DNA of 33,125 nt from an uncultured Erysipelotrichaceae bacterium (GCA_902766545.1 CACXEC010000045.1:1-33125); one strand, 5' to 3'. Positions 1-8,884 are shown, counted from the first letter of the stretch. Notes: a model not told the origin generated them from the letters alone. Made by a program: numbers and translations.

Positions 1-1
1 A

Positions 2-226
2 AGTGATATTCCAGTTTTAGAGGAAATTCCTACTTTAAGTGAGACTCCTGTGGAAACAACTTCTGTATTAAATGAAGAACCAATTACAGAAGAACTTGAA
101 ATGCCAAAAATGGTTAATGAAGTTGTTAATAATGATATTACAGAAAAAAAGATATGCAAAAATTGCAGTCATGAAAATCCATATACAAGTAAATTTTGTG
201 AAATGTGTGGAAATGTTTTAGAATAA
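2..226 (+). CDS. 3' end of a gene cut by the window edge; C-terminal zinc-ribbon protein
   Basis: Frame 2 is open from the window edge to TAA at 224-226. Translation ends ...ICKNCSHENPYTSKFCEMCGNVLE (CxxC-x10-CxxC). A hairpin terminator follows. Confidence 0.5.
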   Translation, partial: SDIPVLEEIPTLSETPVETTSVLNEEPITEELEMPKMVNEVVNNDITEKKICKNCSHENPYTSKFCEMCGNVLE

Positions 227-248
227 CTAACATTGTTAGTTATTTTTT
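225..248 (+). terminator. Rho-independent terminator
   Basis: AACTAAC(225-231)-att-GTTAGTT(235-241), a 7-bp stem followed by a T-run at 243-248. Confidence 0.6.
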
Positions 249-299
249 AATTATTAGAATTATGCTATACTTATAGCAAGAGATTAGGTGGATAAACAA

Positions 300-935
300 A
301 TGAAGGGTAAGTTAATAGTAATAGAAGGAACTAATTCTTCTGGTAAAGAAACTCAAAGTAATCTTTTAGTGGAGACATTAAATAAAGAAGGTATAATTAC
401 TAAAAAGAAAAGGTTTCCTGATTATGATTCTCCAACTGGGAGAATCATTGGTGAATGCATTTTAGGAAAAAATTCAAAAAGTTTTTTTAATGAATCTATT
501 GATAAAATACCACCTAAGGTAGCAGCATTATATTATGCTGCTGATCGTGCTTATAATATTGATAAAATAAATGAATTATTAAATAGTGGAATAAATGTTG
601 TTCTGGATAGATATGTAGAAAGTAATATGGCATATCAAGCTGCTAAATTTGATGATATTAAAGATAAAATTAATATTCTTTTATGGATGGAACAATTGGA
701 GTTTAATCTTTTAGACTTACCAAGGCCAGATAAAGTTATTTTTTTATACTTACCGTATGAATATCGCAGTGATAAGAATGATGACAATATACATCTTATT
801 AATACAGAAAAAGCTTATAACTTAATAACGGAAAGATATTCATGTGATATAGTTAATTGTATTAAAGATGATAAAATTAGATCAATTGAAGATATTCAAA
901 AAGAAGTGTATACAATAGTCAAAGAAATACTGTAA
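300..935 (+). CDS. tmk: Thymidylate (dTMP) kinase-like nucleotide kinase
   Basis: P-loop KLIVIEGTNSSGKETQ and an LDRYVESNMAYQ (DRY..S..AYQ) motif typical of Tmk. ATG at 300 lies 9 nt after AGGTG; the ORF-track start at 288 is GTG. Confidence 0.7.
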   Translation: MKGKLIVIEGTNSSGKETQSNLLVETLNKEGIITKKKRFPDYDSPTGRIIGECILGKNSKSFFNESIDKIPPKVAALYYAADRAYNIDKINELLNSGINVVLDRYVESNMAYQAAKFDDIKDKINILLWMEQLEFNLLDLPRPDKVIFLYLPYEYRSDKNDDNIHLINTEKAYNLITERYSCDIVNCIKDDKIRSIEDIQKEVYTIVKEIL

Positions 936-1059
936 ACAGTTTGAAAAATAAATGTATAATTTTGTAAAAAATCTAGTTTTGGTTTATAATATATTTGTTT
1001 AGGCAAAATTATACATATTTCACCTTCTTAAAATTCTAGAATAGTTTTAGGAGGTGATT

Positions 1060-1242
1060 ATGCTAGTAAAAGTATTTGATGAATCTCATGAAAAAGATTT
1101 AGAGATGGTCATTAATGCTTTTTTATCAAGTAATGTTGAATTAATTGATATAAAGTATAGTGTTGCTATAACAGCAGTAGGCGAGGATCAAATATATTGT
1201 TTTACTGCTTTGGTTTTATATAGAGATTTGAGTGAAGATTAA
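1060..1242 (+). CDS. Small sporulation protein, Cse60-like
   Basis: 60-aa MLVKVFDESHEKDLEMVINAFL...IDIKYSV...DQIYCFTALVLYR resembles the sigmaE-controlled Cse60 family as I recall it. AGGAGG at 1049-1054 lies 5 nt before the ATG. The stop overlaps the next start (TAATG). Confidence 0.5.
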   Translation: MLVKVFDESHEKDLEMVINAFLSSNVELIDIKYSVAITAVGEDQIYCFTALVLYRDLSED

Positions 1243-2891
1243 TGAAGAAAAACAGTTTTATTGCGGGAACATTTATTGCTACTTTATCCTTGATATTTGT
1301 AAAAATATTAGGAATGCTTTATGTTGTGCCTTTTTATGCAATAGTTGGGACTAAAGGTGGAGCTTTATATAGTTATGCTTATAATATATATAATATATTT
1401 TTGTTAATATCTGCTGCTGGAATACCTAGCGCAATAAGTAAAATTATAAGTGAATATGATGCTTTAGGTAAGTATGAAGCTAAAAATAGAGCTTATAAGC
1501 TAGCTAAAAAATTAATCATGTTGATTAGTACGATTACTTTTGTAATGCTATTCATATTTGCTGAAGAGATTGCTACTTTAATTATTGGTGATTTAAAGGG
1601 TGGAAATACTATTGAAGATGTATGTTTTGTAATTAGATGTATATCATTTTCTGTTCTTTTAATACCTCATTTAAGTGTAACTAAAGGATATTTCCAAGGA
1701 CATAAATATATTGGCCCTTCTTCAGTTTCAAATTTAATTGAACAGATAGTAAGAATTACGATTATTTTAGTTGGGTCTTATATTTCTTTAAAAGTCTTTA
1801 AATCTAGTCTACCTATTGCAGTTGGTATTGCTGTATCTGGGGCTTTTTTTGGAGGATTAGTAGCTTATATATATTTAAGTGCTAAAATGAGAAAACATAA
1901 AAGTGAACTTAATTTAGATAAAACTTATCGAAAAGATGATATTTCTGATAAGGATATTATTAAAGAAATAATTAAATATGCAGTTCCTTTTATAATTATT
2001 AATATTATTGGTAGTATATATAATTTTACGGATATGATATTAATTCTTAGAACTTTAAATCATTTTAATTATAGTGCAGAGGATGTTGAGTTTATTACTA
2101 GTGTTATTTCTACTTGGGGACCTAAAATATCAATGATAGTCAATTCAATGGCCAGTGGAATGAGTTATGCTTTAATTCCTATGATTGTTTCTGCTTATGC
2201 AGTTAGAAATTTTAAGGAATTAAATAATCATTTAAATAAAGCTTTACAAATTATAATATTTGTTTCTTTACCTATGGCTATAGGATTATCTATTTTATCA
2301 ACTCCTGTTTGGACACTTTTTTATAATACTAATCCATATGGTGGCGCAATATTAAAAATTATGATTTTTAATGCTCTTTTGGGTAATATTGCAATGATAA
2401 GTAATTCTATTTTACAAAGTTCTAATAGATTTAAATTAGTTTATTTAAATAATATTATTGGATCATTAATTAATGCACTTTTAGATGTTCCTTTAATGAT
2501 TTTATGTCATAAAATAGGTATTGGAGCTTTTTATGGAGCTATATTTGCTACTTCAATTGGATATATAATTTCAATTTATATAAGCTTGCATTTTATTCAA
2601 AAGGAAGATGGTTTTAAACTAAATTACTCTAATACGTTTAAAACTGTTAGTAAGATTATTATACCAGCAATTTCGATGGTGGTTGTATTATTTATAATTA
2701 ATAAGTTTTTATCGCTTGATATTTATACGAAAATTGGTAGTTTAATTGTTGTAATTATTAATGCTATAATAGGTGCAGTAATATATATTGGAATAAGTTA
2801 TAAAATGGGAATAATCGAAGATATTTTTGGAAAAGAATATATGAATAAACTAATAAAAAAACTTACTTTTGGTAAGTTTCCTAAGAATTAA
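1242..2891 (+). CDS. murJ: MOP-superfamily lipid II flippase, MurJ/YtgP/SpoVB type
   Basis: Multi-TM 549-aa protein. The N-terminus GTFIATLSLIFVKILGMLYVVPFYAIVGTKGGALYSYAYNIYNIFLLISAAGIPSAISKIISEY is colinear with B. subtilis YtgP (GTFVLTLGTYISRILGMVYLIPF...GGALFQYGYNQY...PAAVSKFVSKY). Confidence 0.8.
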   Translation: MKKNSFIAGTFIATLSLIFVKILGMLYVVPFYAIVGTKGGALYSYAYNIYNIFLLISAAGIPSAISKIISEYDALGKYEAKNRAYKLAKKLIMLISTITFVMLFIFAEEIATLIIGDLKGGNTIEDVCFVIRCISFSVLLIPHLSVTKGYFQGHKYIGPSSVSNLIEQIVRITIILVGSYISLKVFKSSLPIAVGIAVSGAFFGGLVAYIYLSAKMRKHKSELNLDKTYRKDDISDKDIIKEIIKYAVPFIIINIIGSIYNFTDMILILRTLNHFNYSAEDVEFITSVISTWGPKISMIVNSMASGMSYALIPMIVSAYAVRNFKELNNHLNKALQIIIFVSLPMAIGLSILSTPVWTLFYNTNPYGGAILKIMIFNALLGNIAMISNSILQSSNRFKLVYLNNIIGSLINALLDVPLMILCHKIGIGAFYGAIFATSIGYIISIYISLHFIQKEDGFKLNYSNTFKTVSKIIIPAISMVVVLFIINKFLSLDIYTKIGSLIVVIINAIIGAVIYIGISYKMGIIEDIFGKEYMNKLIKKLTFGKFPKN

Positions 2892-3178
2892 ACCATATAC
2901 ATGTTGTTAGATGAGTAATCATCTCCATTTATGTTATTATTTTGATTATCACCTTCAAGACGAGAGACTCTATTTTCTAATCTGTTAATTTGTCTTTCTA
3001 TTTTAGATAGTCTAGAATCAATATCACTATACATATTAGGATTTGCATTCATTGGTCCAGTGTAAAAATTGGAATTAGCACTAAAAGAAGTATTTGGAAT
3101 ATTTGGCATCATCATATTAGGCATTGAGTTAATATTATATCCATATTCTTGGAAAAATGCATTACGGTCTTTTTTCAT
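2888..3178 (-). CDS. Hypothetical 96-aa protein, N/M/P-rich low-complexity N-terminus plus short coiled coil; possible spore coat component
   Basis: Good RBS (GAGGTGA, minus strand, 3183-3189) before the ATG at 3178. C-terminal heptad region SRLSKIERQINRLENRVSRLEG. A CATAtatTA element upstream resembles a mother-cell -10. No family recognised. Confidence 0.55.
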   Translation of the reverse strand: MKKDRNAFFQEYGYNINSMPNMMMPNIPNTSFSANSNFYTGPMNANPNMYSDIDSRLSKIERQINRLENRVSRLEGDNQNNNINGDDYSSNNMYMV

Positions 3179-3236
3179 TGTTCACCTCTATTTTAATATA
3201 TGAAATAAATGGAAAAAGTTTAATAAAGGAGTAAAA

Positions 3237-3842
3237 ATGAGATTAAGAAACATTAAAAATGCTAAGGAAAAAGTAAATAATAATCCTTTAGTAATAAATA
3301 AGAATATTTTTGATTCTAAAAAGGAGTTACATATTGAAATTGGTATGGGAAAAGGAGACTTTATTATAAATAAAGCTTTACTTAATCCAGGTATTAATTT
3401 TATTGGAATTGAAAAGTATGAATCCGTCTTAGTTAGAGCATTAGAAAAAGTTCCTCGTGATGTTAATAATTTAAAATTTATGTGTATAGATGCTTTAACG
3501 ATAGGTGAGTATTTTAATCATGATGTAGATAAAATATATTTAAATTTTTCTGATCCATGGCCAAAAAAAAGACACTCTAAAAGAAGACTTACTAGCGAAG
3601 TTTTTTTGCCATTATATGAAAAAATTTCTAAAAATAATGTTAATTTAGAAATTAAGACTGATAATAAAGACTTATTTGCTTATACATTAAAAAATTTAAA
3701 TAATAATGGTTATACTTTTGAGGATGTATCTTTAGATTTACCAAGTGATTATGAAGGTAATATTGAAACTGAATATGAAAGAAAGTTTAGAAGTAAAAAT
3801 ATATCTATTAATTATCTTAAATCAGTTAAAAAGATGAAATAA
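3237..3842 (+). CDS. trmB: tRNA (guanine-N7)-methyltransferase
   Basis: SAM-binding EIGMGKGDF and the TrmB signature NFSDPWPKKRHSKRRL. Confidence 0.9.
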   Translation: MRLRNIKNAKEKVNNNPLVINKNIFDSKKELHIEIGMGKGDFIINKALLNPGINFIGIEKYESVLVRALEKVPRDVNNLKFMCIDALTIGEYFNHDVDKIYLNFSDPWPKKRHSKRRLTSEVFLPLYEKISKNNVNLEIKTDNKDLFAYTLKNLNNNGYTFEDVSLDLPSDYEGNIETEYERKFRSKNISINYLKSVKKMK

Positions 3843-3885
3843 AATAATTAATTTGATATAATATTTTTAGGAGAAAGATAGGATT

Positions 3886-4524
3886 ATGAAAAAAATTATT
3901 ATCTTTATAATTATAGTGTTTGGTTTAACGGGATGTGTAAATATTAAAAAAGATGATATATCCTCTTTAGTTGATAAAATAGTATCAAGTAAGATTAGAT
4001 TGAGTAATGAATATCGTACAGGATATAAGTATTATTTACCAACTAATATGAATGTTACATATTCTGGTTTAATGAATGAAACAATTAATGATGGAAAGTA
4101 TAATTATTATTTATATGTTGATTTAGTTAGCTTTTTTAATAGTGAAAAAGCATCTTATGTTAAACATGAAAACTCTTTTTTTAGTAAAGAAATAACATTT
4201 GATAATAAAACTGGATATTTAGAAATATTTACGAAAAATAATAAATATTTAATTGAAATAATATATAATTATGCTAAAATAGAAGTGATAGTAGATAAAG
4301 AATTTATTAATGAAGCAGTTAGTAATAGTTTAATAGTTTTATCTTCTATAGAGTATAATAAGTCGATTATTGATAATTTAATTGGCGATAATATATTGAG
4401 TTATAGTGAAGAAAAATTTACAATATTCGATGATAAGACAAGGAATAGTAACTTTCTTGAGTATGTTCAAGAATTTGATAACTATGATTCAAATGATATA
4501 CCTGATTATGATTTAATTAACTAA
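3886..4524 (+). CDS. Lipoprotein of unknown function
   Basis: Signal peptide with lipobox: MKKIIIFIIIVFGLTG|C. RBS GGAGAAAG upstream. Confidence 0.75.
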   Translation: MKKIIIFIIIVFGLTGCVNIKKDDISSLVDKIVSSKIRLSNEYRTGYKYYLPTNMNVTYSGLMNETINDGKYNYYLYVDLVSFFNSEKASYVKHENSFFSKEITFDNKTGYLEIFTKNNKYLIEIIYNYAKIEVIVDKEFINEAVSNSLIVLSSIEYNKSIIDNLIGDNILSYSEEKFTIFDDKTRNSNFLEYVQEFDNYDSNDIPDYDLIN

Positions 4525-4539
4525 GGAGTGATATTTTTC

Positions 4540-5301
4540 ATGAGTGTTTTTAAAAAATTAAAAGATGTTTTATTTGACATTGAAGAGGAAGAGATACCTG
4601 TTATTACCAAGGATGAAGAAGACGAGGAAGAGAATCCAATAAAGGAAATAAAGGTTCCTAAAGAAGAATTTCATGAGGAACGCGTTATAGAGCAAAAGAA
4701 AGAAACAAAATTTAATTTTCCTTTGGATGATGATTTTGATGAAATAGTTCCAAGTAGGTCTAAAAGGGATTATTTTGATGATGAAGATTTAAATTTACGT
4801 TCAAGTTTTAAAGATAACAGAATTCAAAATGATTTTAAGAAAAATAATACTTCAAATGATTATGCTAGATTTAATTTAAATGATGTTAAGAAAGAAGAAG
4901 TAAAAACATTTAAACCATCGCCAGTTATATCTCCAGTTTATGGTATTTTAGATCAAAATTATACTAAAGATGATGTAATAGTAAAAAATGATGGTAGTAA
5001 ACGTAAAGACGCAACCTTAAACTTAGATGATGTTAGGAAAAAAGCTTATGGTGAAGATGAAGTAGATCGTGTAAAAAGAATTGATGAAATATTAGACGAT
5101 GACAATGATGAAGTAATCGCCGAAATAAAAAATCCTAAATCTGATATGACAATAAGAGAAGCAGAAGACATAGCAGATAAAAATAGTAAACCAGATATTA
5201 TTGATGATGATAAGAATGATAATGACGTAGAGTCAGATTTGTTTAATTTAATTGATTCTATGTATGAAGATAAGAATAAAATGGAGGAAGATAATGATTG
5301 A
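4540..5301 (+). CDS. Highly acidic protein with an N-terminal amphipathic helix, unknown function
   Basis: AAGGAG lies 11 nt before the ATG at 4540. N-terminus MSVFKKLKDVLFD is followed by D/E-rich low-complexity sequence. The stop overlaps the next gene's start. Confidence 0.6.
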   Translation: MSVFKKLKDVLFDIEEEEIPVITKDEEDEEENPIKEIKVPKEEFHEERVIEQKKETKFNFPLDDDFDEIVPSRSKRDYFDDEDLNLRSSFKDNRIQNDFKKNNTSNDYARFNLNDVKKEEVKTFKPSPVISPVYGILDQNYTKDDVIVKNDGSKRKDATLNLDDVRKKAYGEDEVDRVKRIDEILDDDNDEVIAEIKNPKSDMTIREAEDIADKNSKPDIIDDDKNDNDVESDLFNLIDSMYEDKNKMEEDND

Positions 5302-5590
5302 ATCTCTAAGTAGTGTTTTACCGATATTTATTTATATTTTATTAATAATTTTATTAATTGTTGGAATTATTTTGGGAGTTAAACTTATAATAACAGTAGA
5401 TAAAGTAAATGAGGTATTAGATGATGTCAAAAAGAAAGTTTCTACATTAGATACATTCTTTAATATTGTAAGTGGAATATCTAATAGAGTGGAAAATTTA
5501 TCGTCAAAAGTTGCTGATTTCTTTATATCAATATTTAATAAAGTAAGTAATCTAAAAAAAAGAAAGGATGAATTTGAAGATTATGAGTAA
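5294..5590 (+). CDS. DUF948-like single-TM protein (YtxG-like)
   Basis: GGAGG lies before the ATG at 5294. One N-terminal TM (VLPIFIYILLIILLIVGIILGV) then a helical region, as in DUF948. It sits next to a YtxH-like gene, as in Bacillus ytxGH. Confidence 0.6.
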   Translation: MIESLSSVLPIFIYILLIILLIVGIILGVKLIITVDKVNEVLDDVKKKVSTLDTFFNIVSGISNRVENLSSKVADFFISIFNKVSNLKKRKDEFEDYE

Positions 5591-6005
5591 AAAAGGAACT
5601 GGATTAATCGCTGGATTAGTAGTAGGAGCTGGACTTGGATTATTATTTGCTCCTAAGAAAGGATCTGATTTAAGAAAAGATTTAGCTAATAAATGTAATG
5701 ATTTATGGAATAAAGCTAAAGACTTAGATTATGAAGAAGTTAAACTAGATATTGAAAAAAGACTAAAAAAGATTCAAAAGGAGTTAAAAGATTTAGATAA
5801 AGAAAAAGCTTTAAAAATAGCAAAGAAAAAAGGTGAAGAGATTAAAGCTCAAGCTGAGGATTTATATAACTTAGCTGTTGAAAAAGGGACTCCAGTTTTA
5901 GAAAAAGCGGCAAGTGATGTTAGAGTAAAAACAATTGATGTTTTAAATGATATTGTTTCTAAATTAGAGCAAAGTGAAAAAGCTGCTAAAAAGGCAGCAA
6001 AATAG
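5583..6005 (+). CDS. YtxH-domain protein
   Basis: MSKKGTGLIAGLVVGAGLGLLFAPKKGSDLRKDL matches the YtxH motif (G.l.Ga.aG.LfAPksG.elR), followed by a K/E-rich helical tail. An alternative start is at 5568. Confidence 0.7.
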   Translation: MSKKGTGLIAGLVVGAGLGLLFAPKKGSDLRKDLANKCNDLWNKAKDLDYEEVKLDIEKRLKKIQKELKDLDKEKALKIAKKKGEEIKAQAEDLYNLAVEKGTPVLEKAASDVRVKTIDVLNDIVSKLEQSEKAAKKAAK

Positions 6006-6029
6006 TCTCATCTTTTGATGGGATTTTTT
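6006..6029 (+). terminator. Rho-independent terminator
   Basis: TCTCATC(6006-6012)-tttt-GATGGGA(6017-6023) with one G-U pair, then T6. Confidence 0.55.
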
Positions 6030-6049
6030 CTTTATAAGAGGTATCGATA

Positions 6050-6526
6050 ATGAGAAAATTTGAAAAAATAAGTTTTGAACAATTTAAAAAAGATGTTGCA
6101 GATGATAAGATTTTATATGATAGTTTTATTCTTCCTAAAAGGAAGACAAAATTTTCGGCAGGATACGATTTTGTTTCATTAAAAGATGTTACTTTGCATC
6201 CTGGTGAAGATGCACTAATTCCAACTGGAGTAAAAGCTATGATTGAACCAGATGATGTACTTTTTATAATAATTCGTAGCAGTTTAGGATTTAAATACAA
6301 TATAAGACTAGTTAATCAAGTAGGAGTAATTGATGCCGACTATTATAATAATGAATCAAATGAAGGACATATTTTAGTAAAGTTAAAAAATGAAGGAAAT
6401 AAAGATTACAAAATAGAAGTAGGTAGCGCTATTGCTCAGGGATTAATTATTAAATATAATGCAGTAGATGATGAAGATAATAATATGGAAATAAGAACTG
6501 GAGGAATAGGTTCAACTGATAAATAA
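6050..6526 (+). CDS. dut: dUTP diphosphatase (trimeric dUTPase family)
   Basis: Motifs SAGYDF, GVIDADYYN and C-terminal RTGGIGSTD. Confidence 0.85.
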   Translation: MRKFEKISFEQFKKDVADDKILYDSFILPKRKTKFSAGYDFVSLKDVTLHPGEDALIPTGVKAMIEPDDVLFIIIRSSLGFKYNIRLVNQVGVIDADYYNNESNEGHILVKLKNEGNKDYKIEVGSAIAQGLIIKYNAVDDEDNNMEIRTGGIGSTDK

Positions 6527-6588
6527 AAGTTTTATACTTTTATTTTTTTTTAATATATGATATTCTTTAAATAGAATGGGTGATTGTT

Positions 6589-6792
6589 ATGGAATATGTT
6601 ATTAATGGTAAAAAAATTAAGGTCCTATTTCCTTTTGAAATTAATCAAAAAAAGTATTTGGCATATTTAACCGATAAAAATGAAATAACTGCTTCAATTT
6701 TAGAAGAAGATGGTTTAGATATGAATTTGCTTGCTATAACAGATGATAAAGAATGGCAAATGGTAGAAAAAGTCTTGGAAGAGAGGATTTAA
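6589..6792 (+). CDS. DUF1292-family small protein
   Basis: 67-aa protein with ...YLAYL...ILEEDG...ITDDKEWQMVEKVLEE, typical of DUF1292 (YrzB-like). The start is ambiguous (GTG 6580 or ATG 6589). Confidence 0.6.
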   Translation: MEYVINGKKIKVLFPFEINQKKYLAYLTDKNEITASILEEDGLDMNLLAITDDKEWQMVEKVLEERI

Positions 6793-6793
6793 T

Positions 6794-8521
6794 ATGAAAA
6801 AAATATTAATAGATTTTAAGACAGATAATAGTAAGTTAACGGCTACTATGGTTGACAATGATTATTCACAATCTGTACCTGATGAAAAAGTATATAAACT
6901 AATTGAATTATTAAATGGATTACAAATTCAAAAAATAATTGTGGATGGATCCTTATCAACCATAAAATATGATTCAGGTGAAGTATTTTTTGAAAATTTT
7001 CCTCAATATTTAGATTATGTTCAAAAAAGTTCGAATATTGCTCCAGAAGTAACTGCTTTTTTACAAAAAATTCAAGAATTTGCTAAAGAAAGCATGAAAC
7101 AAAATCTAGAGCTAGCAAGAGCGATTTCAAGTGAAGTTGTTATTAAAGAAGACAGTGAAGAAGCAAAAAATGAAGAAGAAAGAGCTAAAATTGAAGAAAG
7201 ATATATGCAAATTGTTCAAGAATGTGAAGAAAAAGAAGAGTCTAAAAAAGCAATTGAAACAGAGATAACAAAATCACAAAAGAAAAAAGAAGAGATTGCG
7301 GCCTCTATTAAAGATCTTGAAGCACAATTATTAGATATTGATTTAAGAAGTGAAGATGCTAAAACTAAAAGAGAAAGCCTTGAAAGACAAATTGGTGTTT
7401 TAGAAAAAGAAAAAGATCAATTAGATGAACAAATTGCTGGAGCTGAGAAGTGCTTAAAAGAACTTGAAACGCAAATTGAATCGGCTAAAACTGAGCTTAA
7501 AGAATTAAAAGATGAAATAGTAAGGTTAAAAATAGAACTTCATGATTTAAAGGAGCGCATTAAAACTGATAGCTTGGTTCATGAAATAGGGGCAAATGTT
7601 GATAGAATGATTAATGAAAGTACATCTACTCCTGTTATTAGAGATAAGGAGCCTAAAAAGAAAAGAAGATTTAGCCGCGTCGCTGCTGTTGTTGGTAGAA
7701 TGGTTGGTGGTGCTTTAATAATTGGTGTTATGCTTCATTTTGCATATACTGCTGCTATGGAAGTTGTGGAGAATTTTAAGAATTATACTACTCCAGAAAT
7801 TGTTACAACGGCTAACATAGATTATTATAAACCGTATGCTTCTCCAGAGAACACTAGTAGTATTCAATATATATATGCTAGGGAGGCAGATCAAGCTATT
7901 TATGAAGAGTGTAATAATATGTATTATAGAACTTTTAAAAAATATGCTGATTTATATGGATTAGATGAAAGAATTGTAGCTGCTATTGCTACAACAAGCG
8001 GTGGGATTCATTATGAAGATATAAATGATATGGGAAGAGTAGGTATTATGAATTTAAACTATGCACTACTCGTTAATGATTCCGTTGCAGCTTATAATTA
8101 TCAAACTGGTGAATATGAACTTTATCCAGTAACTTATGAAAATATTCAAAAGTTAGATACAAATGTCAAAATAGGATGTATGTATTATCAATCTTTATAT
8201 CGTAGATATAATGGCAATCATATTTTAGCTTTAGAAGCATACTTTTATGGTTATGAATATGTTGATGGGTTATTAAATAGTAAAGCTAAGGAAGCTGGCT
8301 TAGATGTTGCAACTTATATAAGTGAATTGGATAATTCAACTATCAATGAGTTGTTTATGACTGAAGATGGCAGTATATTTGCTTATGATGTATTTATATA
8401 TATACCATCTAATAATGTATTAGAATTTAAAACTGTAAATGGTAGAGAAGCTGGACCAAGTAGGTATAATACTTTCTCTAATTCATATGAAAGAGAAATC
8501 ACACATATAAAAAATACATAA
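6794..8521 (+). CDS. Bitopic protein: cytoplasmic coiled coil, one TM, extracytoplasmic SLT (lytic transglycosylase)-like domain lacking the ES catalytic motif
   Basis: Long E/K heptad region (about aa 110-260). TM is VAAVVGRMVGGALIIGVMLHFAY. The C-terminal LDERIVAAIATTSGG...GRVGIMNL...KIGCMYYQSLYRRYNGNHILALEAYFYGYEYV is colinear with the SLT motifs (ES / GLMQ / AYNaG). Confidence 0.7.
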   Translation: MKKILIDFKTDNSKLTATMVDNDYSQSVPDEKVYKLIELLNGLQIQKIIVDGSLSTIKYDSGEVFFENFPQYLDYVQKSSNIAPEVTAFLQKIQEFAKESMKQNLELARAISSEVVIKEDSEEAKNEEERAKIEERYMQIVQECEEKEESKKAIETEITKSQKKKEEIAASIKDLEAQLLDIDLRSEDAKTKRESLERQIGVLEKEKDQLDEQIAGAEKCLKELETQIESAKTELKELKDEIVRLKIELHDLKERIKTDSLVHEIGANVDRMINESTSTPVIRDKEPKKKRRFSRVAAVVGRMVGGALIIGVMLHFAYTAAMEVVENFKNYTTPEIVTTANIDYYKPYASPENTSSIQYIYAREADQAIYEECNNMYYRTFKKYADLYGLDERIVAAIATTSGGIHYEDINDMGRVGIMNLNYALLVNDSVAAYNYQTGEYELYPVTYENIQKLDTNVKIGCMYYQSLYRRYNGNHILALEAYFYGYEYVDGLLNSKAKEAGLDVATYISELDNSTINELFMTEDGSIFAYDVFIYIPSNNVLEFKTVNGREAGPSRYNTFSNSYEREITHIKNT

Positions 8522-8522
8522 G

Positions 8523-8834
8523 TTATTTCATTTCACTTATGTATTTTTTTAATTGTTTAGCATTTGGTCCAAAGATAATCTTTAATTGATTGTCTATTTC
8601 TACAATACCCTTAGCTCCTAACTTTTGAATTCCATCTTTATCAGCTAAAGATATATCTTTTAAAGTAACTTTTAATCTAGACATATTGACTTCTGAGTCT
8701 ATAATATTATCTTTACCTCCTAAGTATTGAACTAATTTGTTAATTTCAAATGTAAAATTCTTTCTATTTAATTTTACGACTACTAATGATATTAATAATA
8801 ATACTATTAATATAATTAAATATTGCCACCACAT
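8523..8834 (-). CDS. Membrane-anchored PTS EIIB(Glc)-like domain protein without the phospho-cysteine
   Basis: AGGTGA RBS before the ATG at 8834, so the ORF-track start at 8864 is unlikely. N-terminal TM, then LVQYLGGKDNIIDSEVNMSRLKVTLKD...LGAKGIVEIDNQLKIIFGPNA matches the EIIB pattern alGG.eNI...CaTRLR..lkD. Confidence 0.65.
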   Translation of the reverse strand: MWWQYLIILIVLLLISLVVVKLNRKNFTFEINKLVQYLGGKDNIIDSEVNMSRLKVTLKDISLADKDGIQKLGAKGIVEIDNQLKIIFGPNAKQLKKYISEMK

Positions 8835-8884
8835 AAATTTATCACCTAGAAATATTATACACAATTAATCCCAAAAATAAAATC

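Noticed and set aside
5986-6300. Minus-strand 104-aa ORF antisense to dut. The same class includes ORFs at 8900-9088(-), 10200-10430(+), 11217-11513(+), 11772-11972(-), 15293-15481(+), 16494-16697(+), 21896-22231(-), 22430-22648(-), 23062-23346(+), 24236-24421(-) and 30993-31190(-).
   Set aside because: Each lies antisense to, or out of frame within, a gene with strong family motifs. They have no RBS, and their translations are low-complexity L/I/F/S/K-rich sequences, as expected by chance in AT-rich DNA.
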